Assembly (NCBI RefSeq): GCF_006345805.1
Contig: NC_043002.1
Coordinates: forward strand, 114,080,001-114,144,000
Direction of reading: 5' to 3'
DNA: 64,000 nt
From: Octopus sinensis
Taxonomy: Eukaryota
Position numbers and translations under genes: made by a program. The notes under the pieces are model-generated. The model was not told the DNA's origin, made no database searches, and saw only the letters and a program-made list of their open reading frames with translations. Of the stretch, positions 24,990 to 38,430 are shown one piece after another. How positions within the stretch are numbered: position 1 is the stretch's first letter; each line of letters starts with the position of its first letter.

Positions 24990-26394
24990 GGGTGTATTGT
25001 TCCGAAAATCCGCCAAAGTATTCTAATGTACGGCATCGACGGAATAGAAAGCTCGTGTGTAGTTTGTAAAATATTTCGTCTGAAAATCCGAGTGTTTCGG
25101 CAATTTTAACCAATCGATTACCTCCATTGAACTAAAATCATTTGCTGCGTGTAAAACTGAGACAACATCCTGTAACTAACCCTAAACCTCCCCCTAACCC
25201 CAACCCTAACCCTACATTTTTTTTCGTATTAATTTAATTGCTACGTGTGTAAAAGAAACTAAAGCAATGGAAAATAATTTAAACAATTAGCAAACAAAAT
25301 AATTCTATAATTTTATACACACGCTTTCCGTATATGTACGGAAAGCGTGTGTATAAAATTATAGAATTATTTTGTTTTTTTTTTACACGCGTAACAATTA
25401 AATTAATTTAACAATTAAGAAAAAAAATTTAGGGTTAGGGTTAGGTTTAGGGTTAGTTACAGGATGTTGTCTCAGTTTTAGACGCAGCAAATGATTTTAG
25501 CTCACTAGAGGCGATTCATTGGTTAAAATTCGAAATATTAAACTACGTTAAACAAACAAATTACAATTTTCTCAAGGAAGCCAAGAGAAAAAAATGTATT
25601 ATTTTGACACATTCTACCAGTATACGAAGTTTAAAAGTGTTTAGTTAACTAGAAATTGTCTGCCGTTCAAAAGGAAAAGATCCCAATTTTCCACCATGTG
25701 TAATATTTTTTTTAAAGACTTTTACGGGGATGGGGGTACAAAAAGAAGTCTTTCCATAGTGGGTTTCTTTCAATTTCCGTCTATCAAATCCATTTACAAG
25801 GCTTTGTGGTTGGAAGCAAACTAAATTAACAAAATCAAAATATCCAAGAAAAATAATCTGAAATATTTTATTCATCTTAAAAGACCTTAGGTTCTAAGTT
25901 CAAATTCTGCCGATGAAATTACTACCAGTCAAGTACTGTGCTGATGTAATCGACAAGCTCCCCCCCCCACCAAAAAAAAATCAGGCCTTGTGTAAAAAGA
26001 AGTAGAAAGAATTATTAGTTCATTGCCGTTGCTAGCTGTAACGTAAACAAAAACATTATTCTTAATAACTATTGATCCGAGTTGGTTAAACAAGATCATG
26101 TTTGAGCATGATACTTATATTTTGACATCTAGTGTAATAAATAACTTGCTTTCAATGGTTTATTTTTGAATACGACGTATATTGTTGATTTGGAGCAGGC
26201 GAAGGGAGAGGGAAATAGATAGACAGATAGATAAAGAGAGTGGGTTGGAGAAATTGGATGGTTAGAGAAAACTAGATAGTGAGACACATAGATACATAGG
26301 CAGACGGACAGACAGAGACACCCACACACTAGCTTTCTATCCCGTCGATGCCGTACATTAGAATAATTTGGCGGATTTTCGGAACAGTACACCC
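24990..26394. mobile_element. TIR element with GGGTGTA termini enclosing a foldback MITE core
   Basis: ~80-bp TIRs at 24990-25070 and 26320-26394; no matching TSD; GGATCT-type right end at 25683 inside. Confidence 0.65.
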
Positions 26395-26609
26395 ATTTGA
26401 CGAGGATTTTTCAATTTGTTTCCCCTTCACATCTTTGCGAATGATGGGGGGAAGATCTTTGTGAAAAATGTTTTTTAGAAAATTACGCATCCTCCCTCCC
26501 CCCCTTGACTGGTTTCGTCCACTTTTTTCTTTTGCACTAAAAAACAATGGGAGACGCCTTTTCGATGATAATGAAAACGCAAATTTTTGAAATTTTATAA
26601 ATGCGACAC

Positions 26610-26829
26610 AGGATATAAACTCAGGTATTAGTGGCGAGGCGGGGCTCGTGGGGTCCGAATTAAACCCGCCCCACCACTCCATCCGTAATGTCTTCCGGTC
26701 TTTCCTACCATTCGATTTTATTATATCTTATTTTTGTAAAATTTTTAATGTCATTTTTTTGTATAATCATTCGCTCATCTGACCCCAAAATCAGATTGTA
26801 TTGTCCCCTCTTTGTTGGCCCCTTGTGGG
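26610..26829 (+). mobile_element. Tx1-like LINE 3' UTR fragment
   Basis: Homologous to 46795-47013 (gaggcggggctcgtggggtc..ccgtaatgtcttccggtc..gccccttgtgggtaataaa). Confidence 0.88.
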
Positions 26830-27154
26830 TAATAAAAAAATCAATTTTTTCAGTCCTCTCCCCCATTCAGTACCGATTTTGGTAAATTTGTTTAGATCTA
26901 CGCACTTAAAAACGATGGGGGAGGCCTTGAAGGTAATAAAAAAATATATATATTTTCAGAAATCGGCGATTGGAGAGACTCCCACCCACCCACCTACCCA
27001 CCAGTTTCTCGCAAATTTTTGTTTTTTAAATTTTTTTTTTGTCAAAAACCCACGTTTTCGGATACGGATATTCCGGAAAATTGCAAAAAATTGCAATTTT
27101 GAAATTTTTTGACCACCCGCCCGTGCAATTTCTTCATTTTTCATTTTTTCTGTA

Positions 27155-27260
27155 ACCCTCACCCTAAAAATCCAACCCTAACCCTAACCCTAAAATCCTA
27201 GCCCTAACCCTAAAACCCTAAAACCCTAACCCTAACCCTAAAACCTTAATCCTAACCACA
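27155..27260 (+). repeat. Degenerate (CCCTAA)n telomere-like tract inside a transposon remnant
   Basis: ccctaaccctaaaatcc.. direct. Confidence 0.8.
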
Positions 27261-27929
27261 AGTAGAGAACCTTTTGGATATTTGTTTCAGAATCATAATC
27301 TCCGTATTTTTCTGCATATTTTGAAAAGAAAAAATTCTGGAAAAAGTTTAAAATAAAGAAATTAGGGGTGGGGTGGGGGTAATTTAAAAATGCTGATTTT
27401 TTCCAATTTTTTTTTTTGCAGATTCGTGTTCTCCGTAGCCGAAAACGGGTGTTTGTATAGAAAAACAATAGATAAATAAAAAGGGGTGTTTTTTTTTGGT
27501 GGGGGGTACAAACTTTATTTTAACTTTATTTCCAAACAGAAAATAATTTAAACGTAATTTAAATAATTGAAATAATTGAAATAATTGAAATAATTGAAAC
27601 GTAATTTTAAAAAAAATGAAATCCTTTTTAATTTTTTCATAAACCCTGTCTCTCCATAAATCCTAAAATATCGGCTTTTTGTCTAATCATAGTTTTAAGA
27701 TACGGACAGTCCAGATCTGTAATTTGTTTGTTTTGTTTATAATTTCAAAATAATTTTCAGACGAAAAGGTGTGTGAAGCTGTTGTTTCTTGCTCATCCCA
27801 CGACCACTTGGTACCTTCCTCATTTCTTTGTCACTCTGACATGTATTGATGTTTTTCGAAATTTTTCTTTCCATAAACACATTTTATGGAATGATGATGC
27901 GATGGTACAATGTTGGGATTTAAGTAGAA

Positions 27930-27934
<5 letters not shown>

Positions 27935-27979
<45 letters not shown>

Positions 27980-28095
27980 AGAGAGAGAGAGAGAAGGAGA
28001 GAGAGAGAGAAGGAGAGAGAGAGAGAGAAGGAGAAGAGAGAGAAGGAGAGAGAGAGAGAAGGAGAGAGAGAGAAGGAGAGAGAAGGAGAGAGTGA
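27935..28095. repeat. (GA)n microsatellite
   Basis: Direct. Confidence 0.97.
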
Positions 28096-28215
28096 CAAAG
28101 AGTGTGGTAAATATATATAGAGAGATAAACTGATTGTAACAGATAGTGGGAAATTTGTCGACCTAAAAGTTGAGTTATTTCTCATAGCAAATTATATATT
28201 TTTTATTGTTATTTA

Positions 28216-28375
28216 CGGCGAACTGGCAGAATGCTTGGCGTGCATTTCGGCGTCTTGAGTTCAAACACCACCGGGGTCGATTTTACCTTTCATCCTTTTG
28301 GGGTCAATAAAATAAGTACCTTGTTGAACACTGGTGTCGATGTAACTTCCCCCTAAAATTGCTAGCCTTGCGCCA
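28216..28375 (+). mobile_element. Diverged SINE family A
   Basis: ggcgaactggcaga..gagttcaaac..ggggtcaataaaataagtacc. Confidence 0.7.
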
Positions 28376-28519
28376 AAATTTGAAATCATTATTATTTACG
28401 GACGACCTTCTCTTTAGGACACAGATTTCGAAAATCAAATTATCAAATTCATTTTGCTCGAGGATGCACCGTTTCAGAGCCTTTTGGGACTAGACACACA
28501 TATACAACCATATACACTC

Positions 28520-28645
<126 letters not shown>

Positions 28646-28829
28646 TTGAAATTTACAGAAAAACAAAAGACGAAGACAGGTGTATAAACAAGAAGGTGTA
28701 TTAGTTTGACGCTCGGGAAGGTGAGAAAGTCTTTTACGTTTCGAGCCTACGCTCTTCAACAGAGAGGAATACGAGGAAATAAACAGAGGGAGAATAAAGA
28801 AAAAAAAAACTCGTGGATTTAGTCATGAC

Positions 28830-28975
28830 GGGCTTCTTTCAGTTTCCGTCTACCAGATCCATTCATGAGGCTTTGGTTAGGCCCGAGGCTACAGTAGGGG
28901 ACATTTGCCCAAGTTGCCACGCAGTGGGACTGAACCCGGAACCATGTTGCTGAGAAATAAACTTCTTACCAGGCA
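28830..28975 (-). mobile_element. SINE family B 5' half
   Basis: Reverse complement of the family B head. Confidence 0.8.
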
Positions 28976-30641
28976 GTTGCACAAACACATAGATAGACAG
29001 ATAGACAGGTAGATAAATAGATTAGGAGATAGATATTTACTGCCTTTCCGTAAATCTTTCGAAACGTAAATACAAGTGTTAATTGGGATAACACAAGTGT
29101 TAATATCACGTGATATTTGAAACATTTTCAAGCGAGGAAAGAGCTTGCACATGGCCAGAACCACTTTCTAAACAATGCAAGCAATTTACCTCCTGATTGG
29201 CTGAAATGAGGTCTTCATGCATGATAAACTCGCGATTTACATGTGGAAAACAACTGCCATAGATATATACAAGTTGTTTTCCACATGTAAATCTCGAGTT
29301 TATCATGCATGAAGACCTCATTTCAGCCAATCAGAACATTTTGTTCACGTGATAAGTTCCAGAATTTTCATTCAACGAAGGCTTGAGAATTTGGATTTCG
29401 TTGAACCTGTCTCGAGTGAATGTTCTCTTATAACTGCTTTCACAGCTTTATACTTAAGTATATAAGCACGATTTCCCTAATAGCTGTTTTCACAGTTATA
29501 AACCCAATATCAAGATGGATGAAGAATCAACGTAAATGCAGCGATGTGGAAAATCATCCTCATCATCAATTATCCAACATCTGTTGTTCATACAAGATTG
29601 GCTGTGTCTCATGAAACCTTGTCAAATAATCATGTATAGAAATTGACACTAAGTCTTTGTCATAATCAACGCTACACATGAGATAAAACTTAGGTAAACT
29701 TAGATATGTTTCGACCAAAGATTGGTCCGGGCCATGTCTAACTGATAGGATTATTCGAATCCTGTTTAAGTCAAGTTTTGTTCAAGTAGTGAGTTCTTGT
29801 TGGGTGAGTTGTATCCAATTATGGGTGGCTTATCTGGTATTCTTTGAAGGAATCTATCCAGACTCAGTTTAAAATTGATGGGATCCTTTTCCTCTTTGAT
29901 CTCCCTCGGGACAATGTTAAATAGGGCAGGGCCCATTGAGCATACAAAGTGGCGGGTGTTGCATCCAAGTTTTCTTTCCCCTAGTGAGATATCTAAACAA
30001 ATACTTTGGGGTCTTTCAGTCTCTACTATGAGACGTCTGTTGAGTCTACTGAGTGCATATGCTCGTTGACAAGATTCGTTTTCTGCACTGCCGTGTCCAA
30101 CAGAACTGGCCTTCTTTATTAAGCAAGCTTGGTAGTGTTACCAGTTTAGTTGCCGGCAGCCCGATCATGCTGCAAGTTGTACTGGGTTACTTGTTACTAG
30201 TAACAATAAGAGTGACCTAATTCACACACATACGTACACACCTACATACATATGTAAGTACGTACATATATACGGACATATGGTAACAGTCGACTCGTTA
30301 ATGATTATGGAAAGAAAATTTATGCTCTCTTCCTCTTTCTTTTTAACGTGAAGTGACTCCCTGTCATCATCCTCAGCAATGGGTAACTCATTGTGAAGAC
30401 CAAAGCTTCACTGCCTGGATACCGACAGCACGAAAACGGATATTTGTAAACATGTCGAAATATGATTAGTTATCGAAATATGATCAGTTGACAGTCTTTC
30501 CTTCTCTGCCAAAACAGCAGCGAGAAAATACGTCACGTTCACATATTCAATTGCCGTGCGGAGAGCGCTCGATGATTTTATTTACATGAAAACTATGTGA
30601 TTTTTATCAAGTTTTTTCATTTTAATATTAACGAATTTTAA

Positions 30642-30842
30642 GGCGGCGAAATGCTTAGCGGTATTTCGTCTGCCGTTACGTTATGAGTTCAAATTCCGCC
30701 GAGGTCGACTTTGCCTTTCATCCTTTCGGGGTCGATTAAATGAGTACCAGTTACGCACCGGGTCGATATAATCGACTTAATCCGTTTGTCTGTCCTTGTT
30801 TGTCCCTTCTGTGTTTAGCCCCTTGTAGGTAGTAAAGAAATA
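30642..30842 (+). mobile_element. SINE family A with internal deletion
   Basis: Colinear with 4288-4518. Confidence 0.88.
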
Positions 30843-31159
30843 GGATCTTTTCTGTTTGAAGGATCCGTCTGTTCTTCCACGGTCGAGAAAATACATCGAT
30901 CAAGTATTGGAGATCGATATAAATGATTATACCCTCCACTCACCCCAAAATATATCCTGTGTCTATAATCAATATTACAAATATATTATTTTTGCTATTT
31001 AACTCAGGTCATCCTGATAAACCCGGTTGAGGATCAAAGGGTTCCAACTATGACCAACCCGTATTTTTGTGCCCCCACTTTTTTTCAGATATAGCATCTA
31101 TGATTATATTAGCCAATGTACCCTTCCTTTAGTAGTATATGGTTTTAAGGGGATTTGGG

Positions 31160-31480
31160 GGATCTTTTCTGTTTGAAGGACGGAATTTTCTACTTAACTA
31201 AACAATTTGAAACTTCGTATACTGGTAGAATGTGTCAAAAAAAAAAACAGTAATTTCAATTAGTTTTTTTGAGAAAATCGTATTTTGTAACTTTTACGTA
31301 GTTTAATTCTTCGAATTTTAACCAATCGTATTCTCTGTTTTCAGCTGAAATTGTTTTCTGCGTCTAAACATATTGTTACTGTGACGTAAACAGCTGTGTT
31401 GTGACGTAGTTAACGTAAACAGCTAAATTCTTTTTGAAAGTCTGAGTATATATAAAATTAGTGTTTAAATTATTTTCCAT
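31160..31480 (+). mobile_element. Solo GGATCTTTTC-family TIR
   Basis: Homologous to, but clearly more diverged than, the 31673/59278 pair. Confidence 0.8.
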
Positions 31481-32855
31481 TGTTTGCATTGCTTTATAGA
31501 ATTTGAAAGTTATTCGTTTTGTATAAAATTATTATTCGTTTCTCCTTTAATAAATATATATGTGCACAACAAACGTGCCTACACACGTACTGTTTACTTT
31601 GGATGAATAATAAACACATATTCAGTGTTTTTGTATAGGCTTCGGGTGTTTTCTCTGTACAATGTATATATTGGATCTTTTCAGTTTGAAGGCCAGATTT
31701 TCTTAGTTAACTAAACAATTTGAAACTTCGTATACTGGTAGAATGTGTCAAAAGAAAACATAATTGTAAACCAAAATGAAAACGGAATTGTAATTTCTAA
31801 GTTTAACGTTGTTTAAAAATTCGAATTTTAACCAATGATATTCTTTCTTTCGACCTCATATTATTTACTGCTTCTCAAAATATTGTTACTGTGAAGTAAA
31901 CAGCTATTTTGTGACGTAGTTAACGTAAACATGTAAACAGACCTAGAGATTCGTTTGTAACGTAAACATCCGCTCATCGTAAATAGCTAAATTCGCTTGG
32001 CATCGTACACAGCTTTTTCAGTTCCCTAGAATTATATTTCAAAGAAAATAAAAATAAAAAGATTCATACGCATAAATATCCATCCTTAGACATCAGAAAA
32101 TGAGTGTTTAAATTATTTTCCATTGTTTGCATTGCTTACACGCACACACATACATACATACACACATACTAAAATTACATCGTTGGAGCAGTAATTTATT
32201 TATGTATTTTTTGTTATACAATTTATTTTAAAGCTGAATCCCTATCCTGCCATTAACCCCTTTCTTATAAAATAGTTGAAGAATCTGGGGTGTAGGTATT
32301 GGGCCAGTATTGGAACTTTTAACTTCTTGCTTTCTATCTTATGATCTCCGAAATTTAAGAATCTTGTGTTAACTCGGCTCTTATTATTTACTCTCACTCT
32401 GCCACCACCTCAATGCAAAGACTATCAATATCAGAATCATCTTCACAACCACCACTACAACCATTACTACAACCTCGAATGCCACCACCACAACCATCTT
32501 CTGCAACCACAACCCCAAGATCAATACCAGCATCATATTCAAAATCACCAATTTCACCACCACTACACTCTGCAATGTCTTCAACTCTACCATCCATGAG
32601 ACATCCTAACATAATCAATGCTACTACTACTATCATCATCATTATCATCATCATCCACTGCCGCCACCACCACCACCACCACCTCCACAAAAACACCAAC
32701 ACTATAATTTCTGCCATCATACACATCCACTGTCACCACTACACCACCACTGCCATGATAACCACATCTACCACCTCCAACACCATTGCCACCACTATCT
32801 ATGAGACATCCTAAGTTAGAAACTACTTTCACTTTCTAGTTGCTCTTTGAGTTTA

Positions 32856-33351
32856 TCTTTATATATAAAAGAGAGGTTGTGTGTCTGTCTCCTACGATTT
32901 AAATTCCTAACTACTCCCACATTTTGCGGTGCAGTTTAACCAAAACCGGGTATCTTATAGTCGTGATTCATATCGAGCCCTTCTGGGTATTAGCGCGCGT
33001 CTACGATGAGTCTACGATTTAAAAAAAAATTTACCATAATTTTTTTCCATTTTAATGCATTTTTTCGATATTATATAAGGGAAGTAACTCTCTAAAAATG
33101 TCTACGATGAGTCAACGATTAAAAAAAAATTACCATAATTTTTTTCCATTTTTAATGCATTTTTTTTTGCTATTTTTTGGCTATAACTCTCTAAAAATGT
33201 CTACGATGAGTCAACGATTAAAAAAAAATTACCATAATTTTTTTCCATTTTTAATGCATTTTTTTTTGCTATTTTTTGGCTATAACTCTCTAAAAATGCT
33301 CATATAGTTATTTCCCTTACAAACCCGAGCAACGCCGGGCGATACTGCTAG
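32856..33351 (+). mobile_element. Non-autonomous Helitron with an internal ~99-bp tandem triplication
   Basis: TC...CTAG ends; tctacgatgagtc..ctctctaaaaatg unit at 33001, 33101 and 33200. Confidence 0.88.
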
Positions 33352-33859
33352 TTATATCTAATCTATCTCTCTAAAAGATGCAAAGCAAGTAGCATTAAAT
33401 GGTGAATGGATGTGAGCAGAAAGAGAGTAAGTTCCATTCCAGTTTACAACAATTATAGAATTATTCTCAAACCATAAATGAAGGGTGGAGAGGAGTGAAG
33501 GAGGAGTCATGTTTCCTCTGAGGGGTTACAGAAGTAATAAGCACTGAAAAGTGGAGTTTGCGTTATTATTTTTGTTTCATAGTTTACAATTATTTCTACA
33601 AATTCATTTTGACTTATCTTCAATTATGTTTATAAACGTGACCGCTGTGCCGTCCACTATAAACATTGATTAATGTCCTATATTTAAGCGATAGACAAAC
33701 ACTTCAGCATATTATTTTTTGTAGAGAGTTGCGAGGGATCATTTCTATGAACGGGGTATCTGTACAACGGATGACTACATCATTAATTGTGGAGTCGTTT
33801 AAAAACACGATGCAAGATTAAGTCAACATGGAATTTTTGAAACAATCATAAATTGTTCT

Positions 33860-34015
33860 ATATTTTAGAGATGAGGAATTCTGTACAATATTTACATTTT
33901 TTACATTGGACGGATATTTGTCCTCATCTTGTTTGTTGCTACCACAAAATTTCGGCTGATTTACTCTCCAGCCTTCATCAGGTGTCCTGGTAGAATTTTG
34001 AATCCAACCCTAGGT
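33860..34015 (-). mobile_element. Penelope-like terminal repeat remnant
   Basis: Minus strand gacacCTGATGAAggctg..cagccGAAA hammerhead-like core. Confidence 0.55.
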
Positions 34016-34454
34016 TCTAAGGTGCCACGCAATGTGAATGAACCCGAAACTATGTGGCTGGTATGGCCGGTCAGGGAGTCACCTTTGCTTTCGCGCCTTT
34101 TACGTTCTTAGCCGTGGGAGACGTCTATATGCCAAGAGTATAAAAAGTGTGAAACCAATGGTAACGTCCTGACTGGTCGTAAACCACAACTACATTAGAT
34201 ATTACTACGATATATCTAAAAAAAACATTTACTTGTCTCAGTCATTCGACATATTCTATCGGTTATTTTCGTCGAACTTCTAAGTTGCGGGGATGGAAAG
34301 GAAGTCAACAAGCGGTTGTCTGGGACAAGCACGAAGCTAGCCCCCTCCGGCCCACAAACACGTGTATACGACGGGCTTTTTTCAGTTTCCATCGTCCAAA
34401 TCTATTTGACCAGTGACCAGGCAGCAAACTTCTTGTCATACAGTCACTCCTACG

Positions 34455-34531
<77 letters not shown>

Positions 34532-35145
34532 CACGTCCCCGTAGCTTAGCGTTTTGGAAAAAGAAACCGATAGAATAAGTGCTAGGGTTCCAAAGAGTAA
34601 GTCCTGGGGTCGATTTCTATAACTAAAAAACCTTCAAACTCTGCTTGTTGTTCTTTCACCTGTCTTCGTCGTTTGTTTTCTGTAAATTTGAACTACACAC
34701 ACACACACACGCGCACACACACACACACACTCACACACACACACACGCACACATACACACGCACACACATATATATATAGGTAAAAGATTAATGAGTGCG
34801 TGCGTTACATAAATAATATCTTCAGGATTAAATAAAAAGACAACAAACGGAAAATATGACATATCTATATATATATAATTAAAAATAAACGTATTGTAAA
34901 TAAACAAACGAACACATACTAAATGCACAGAAAACACACAAGGTCACAAATTCTTCATCAGTTATCAGCAAGAGGAGTCAAACGCAATTTCGGGCATTAT
35001 CGATACTATTGTTTCTTTCGCTGTTCGCAAAAAAGTTCGTATTCCATATTTTCGTATTTCGTATTTCCTGTTGTTTACCTTCTGTGACGTCCTGAACCCA
35101 TATATGCATATGTATATACATATATATGTAAGTATATACATACAC

Positions 35146-35246
<101 letters not shown>

Positions 35247-35559
35247 CATTATCTATAAACATTACAATGTTTCGAACATTTTTACACTTGTTCATTGGGA
35301 GATGTTGTGTAATCATTATCACCAATTCAAGGTGTGAAATGCACCTTCTTTGAGTAAGACTTTATACGAGCTTTATATAGCATACCACAAGGGTTTACAC
35401 GTATATTTACTCGCGTATGTGTGTATATGTATAAAAGCGGAGCAAGAGTACACACGAAGACAGAAAGTCAAATGACTGTAACAAATAAAAGAATAAAAGA
35501 GTATATATATATATATATATATATATAGGAGATAAATAAAAAATATATGCATACATACA

Positions 35560-36958
35560 AACATATATGTACGTACCTACATCTACATGTATATATACAT
35601 GCAATATAAATAATTATACGGAAGTATAGGACATCACAATAAGACGTAGAAACAGAAAAAGCCAAAAACAAAAAACAAGAAAACGGAAAACGAAAACCAA
35701 ATACAGGACAGGTTACACAAGGACAAAACCCCCGTCATCAGCTGTCGCTAGAGGAGTCAGGCATGTTTCGAAGGCATAACAGAACACTAATCCAATAGGC
35801 CTTCCTGCGAGAGAATTAAAATAAAATTTCAAGCAGCGGGGCACAATGAGTACGAACACAAACAAGACGTAACAATAAGACTGCAAAATTAAAATACATG
35901 TACAAAAGCAAACACAAGAGGACGAACGAAAAAGCCTTTTTTCTGGCATAGACAAACAATAAAACTGCAAAAATAAAAATACATGTACAAAAAGTACAAT
36001 TAGATACAAAACGAGAAAATAACAAGAATACTATACAGGAAATTAACCACACAAGGGACGAACGAAGAAGCCTTTTTGCTGGCAAGGACGAAAGTGTAGT
36101 AGCAGCGCGTGGAGGCAGTCTTTTCAATAGTGGTAACCACGTGTAAAGGATTTTGTTTTATAGGCAAGGAAGAGGGAAGGAGGAGGGGACACGCGGCGAA
36201 GAGAGAGGAGGAGGGGAGGGGGAGAAAGATTGAAGAGGTTAAAGCAAAGGGAGAGAGTACCGCATCTTCAATATAATAATATTAATATAAAAAAAGGGGA
36301 CCAAGAAGTGGATCGAAACGACGAATCGGAACGAACCTGATGCGGGGCGCTGTCAGACAATAAGGAGATAAATAAATATATGCATACATACAAACATATA
36401 TGTACGTACCTACATCTACATGTATATATACATGCATATATAAATAATTATACGGAAGTACAGGACATCACAATAAGACGTAGAAACAGAAAAGCCAAAA
36501 ACAAAAAACAAGAAAACGGAAAACGAAAACCAAATACAGGACAGGTTACACAAGGACAAAACCCCCGTCATCAGCTGTCGCTAGAGGAGTCAGGCATTTT
36601 CGAAGGCATAACAGAACACTAATCCAATAGGCCTTCCTGCGAGAGAATTAAAATAAAATTTCAAGCAGGGGGCACAATGAGTACGACACAAACAAGACGT
36701 AACAATAAGACTGCAAATTAAAATACATGTACAAAAGCAAACACAAGAGGACGAACGAAAAAGCCTTTTTTCTGGCATAGACAAACAATAAAACTGCAAA
36801 AATAAAAATACATGTACAAAAAGTACAATTAGTTACAAAACGAGAAAATAACAAGAATACTATACAGGAAATTAACCACACAAGGGGACGAACGAAGAAG
36901 CCTTTTTGCTGGCAAGGACGAAAGTGTAGTAGCAGCGCGTGGAGGCAGTCTTTTCAAT
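35560..36958 (-). repeat. Direct tandem duplication (~570-590 bp units) of a Penelope-like non-coding repeat
   Basis: 35560-36130 and 36385-36958 are near identical; a related element lies at 57190-57830. Confidence 0.8.
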
Positions 36959-36979
36959 ATATATATATATATATATATA

Positions 36980-37374
36980 CTAGCAGTGTCGCCCGGCGTT
37001 GCTCGGGTTTGTAAAGGAAATAACTATATAAGCATTTTTTGAGATGTAAAGTATAATAGCCATCTCAATATGGCTAACCACAAAGGGGGAGTGTTACTGT
37101 AGCTTTTTACATTCTGAGATTTAATAATACATTTTTAGAGAGTTACTTCCCTTATATAAACCGAGCGAAAATGCATTAAAAATGCGGAAAAAATTATGGT
37201 AATTTTAAAAAAATCATAAACTCATCGTAGACGTGCGCTAATACTCAGAAGGGCTCGATATAAATCACGACTATAAGATACCCGGTTTTGGTTAAACTGC
37301 ACCGCAAAATGTGGGAGTAGTTAGGAATCTAAATCGTAGGAGACAGACACACAACTTCACTTTTATATATAAGA
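36980..37374 (-). mobile_element. Non-autonomous Helitron
   Basis: Reverse complement of 21524-21919. Confidence 0.88.
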
Positions 37375-37506
37375 TATATATATATATATACACACATACA
37401 CATATATATACAGTATATATATATATAATATTATATATATTATATATATTATATATAATATATATATATATATATACATATATATATACAGTATATATAT
37501 ATATAT

Positions 37507-37566
<60 letters not shown>

Positions 37567-37662
37567 ATGTAATATATAAATAAATATCTATAAATATGAA
37601 CCATCCGATCTGATTACCTCATTTTTTCTAATATATAATACCTGTACATCATCTCCAAACCT

Positions 37663-37729
<67 letters not shown>

Positions 37730-37760
37730 TATACAGTGTATATATATATATATAAAATTT
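37375..37760. repeat. (TA)n-rich tract
   Basis: Direct. Confidence 0.95.
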
Positions 37761-38430
37761 GAGGGAATATTATACATAACTTACAGGGAAAATTCAATTT
37801 AGAAATACTAATTCAAATTTCACGAAATATAATATATATATATATATATAAAATTAGAAAAAAACACCTTTTATCAATTCAAAATGAACAATCAAATTAC
37901 ACCATCTAGAAAATTACATATAATAGAAATATTAAATATAAAATAAATATATACCGATGATTAAGTAATGTGCAAAATAATAAATAAATCGTATATATCA
38001 TGAATTGATAAAAGGTGTTTTTTTTCTAATTTATATATATATATACAGTCTTTTCTGTTGCTTGACCATAATACCTGCTATATATCTCTCTCTTGCTGCC
38101 TTCGAAACACACTGCCACACATACATAGACGCACACACACATACATGAAAGCAATTTCTCACACTCAAACACTCTAGCACTCATTCTTAAAATAATTCAA
38201 ATATAAACACCAGTCATACAGAATACATTCACACTCTTTGATTTTCCTGTACCCCCCTTCTCCTAACCGGATTCTGACCTTGAACTATCTTAACGGACAT
38301 TCTCGTCTGCTTTCACCCAGCCTGGCGTCAACGCATATAGATAGACAGTTTGTGCCATTTATTCCATGGGCTCCTCGTGAGCGTTTGTGAAAAGCTTGCT
38401 GTGCATTTTGTTGGAGAATTAAGTTCCTGG

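Noticed and set aside
29340-30130. Possible decayed RT fragment on the minus strand
   Set aside because: I could not identify diagnostic motifs by eye; a translated search is needed.
30843-30866. Mini GGATCT..GGATCC element
   Set aside because: 24 bp, no TSD; probably a truncated TIR.
32366-32832. His/Thr/Pro-rich ORFs
   Set aside because: Trinucleotide-rich DNA is open in several frames; no splice or domain evidence.
33001-33298. CRISPR-like regular repeats
   Set aside because: Tandem ~99-bp units without unique spacers, inside a Helitron; eukaryotic context.
37851-38032. ~31-bp inverted repeat pair resembling the 16956/17348 arrangement
   Set aside because: No ribozyme inside and AT-rich; a likely Penelope-like remnant with too little support.
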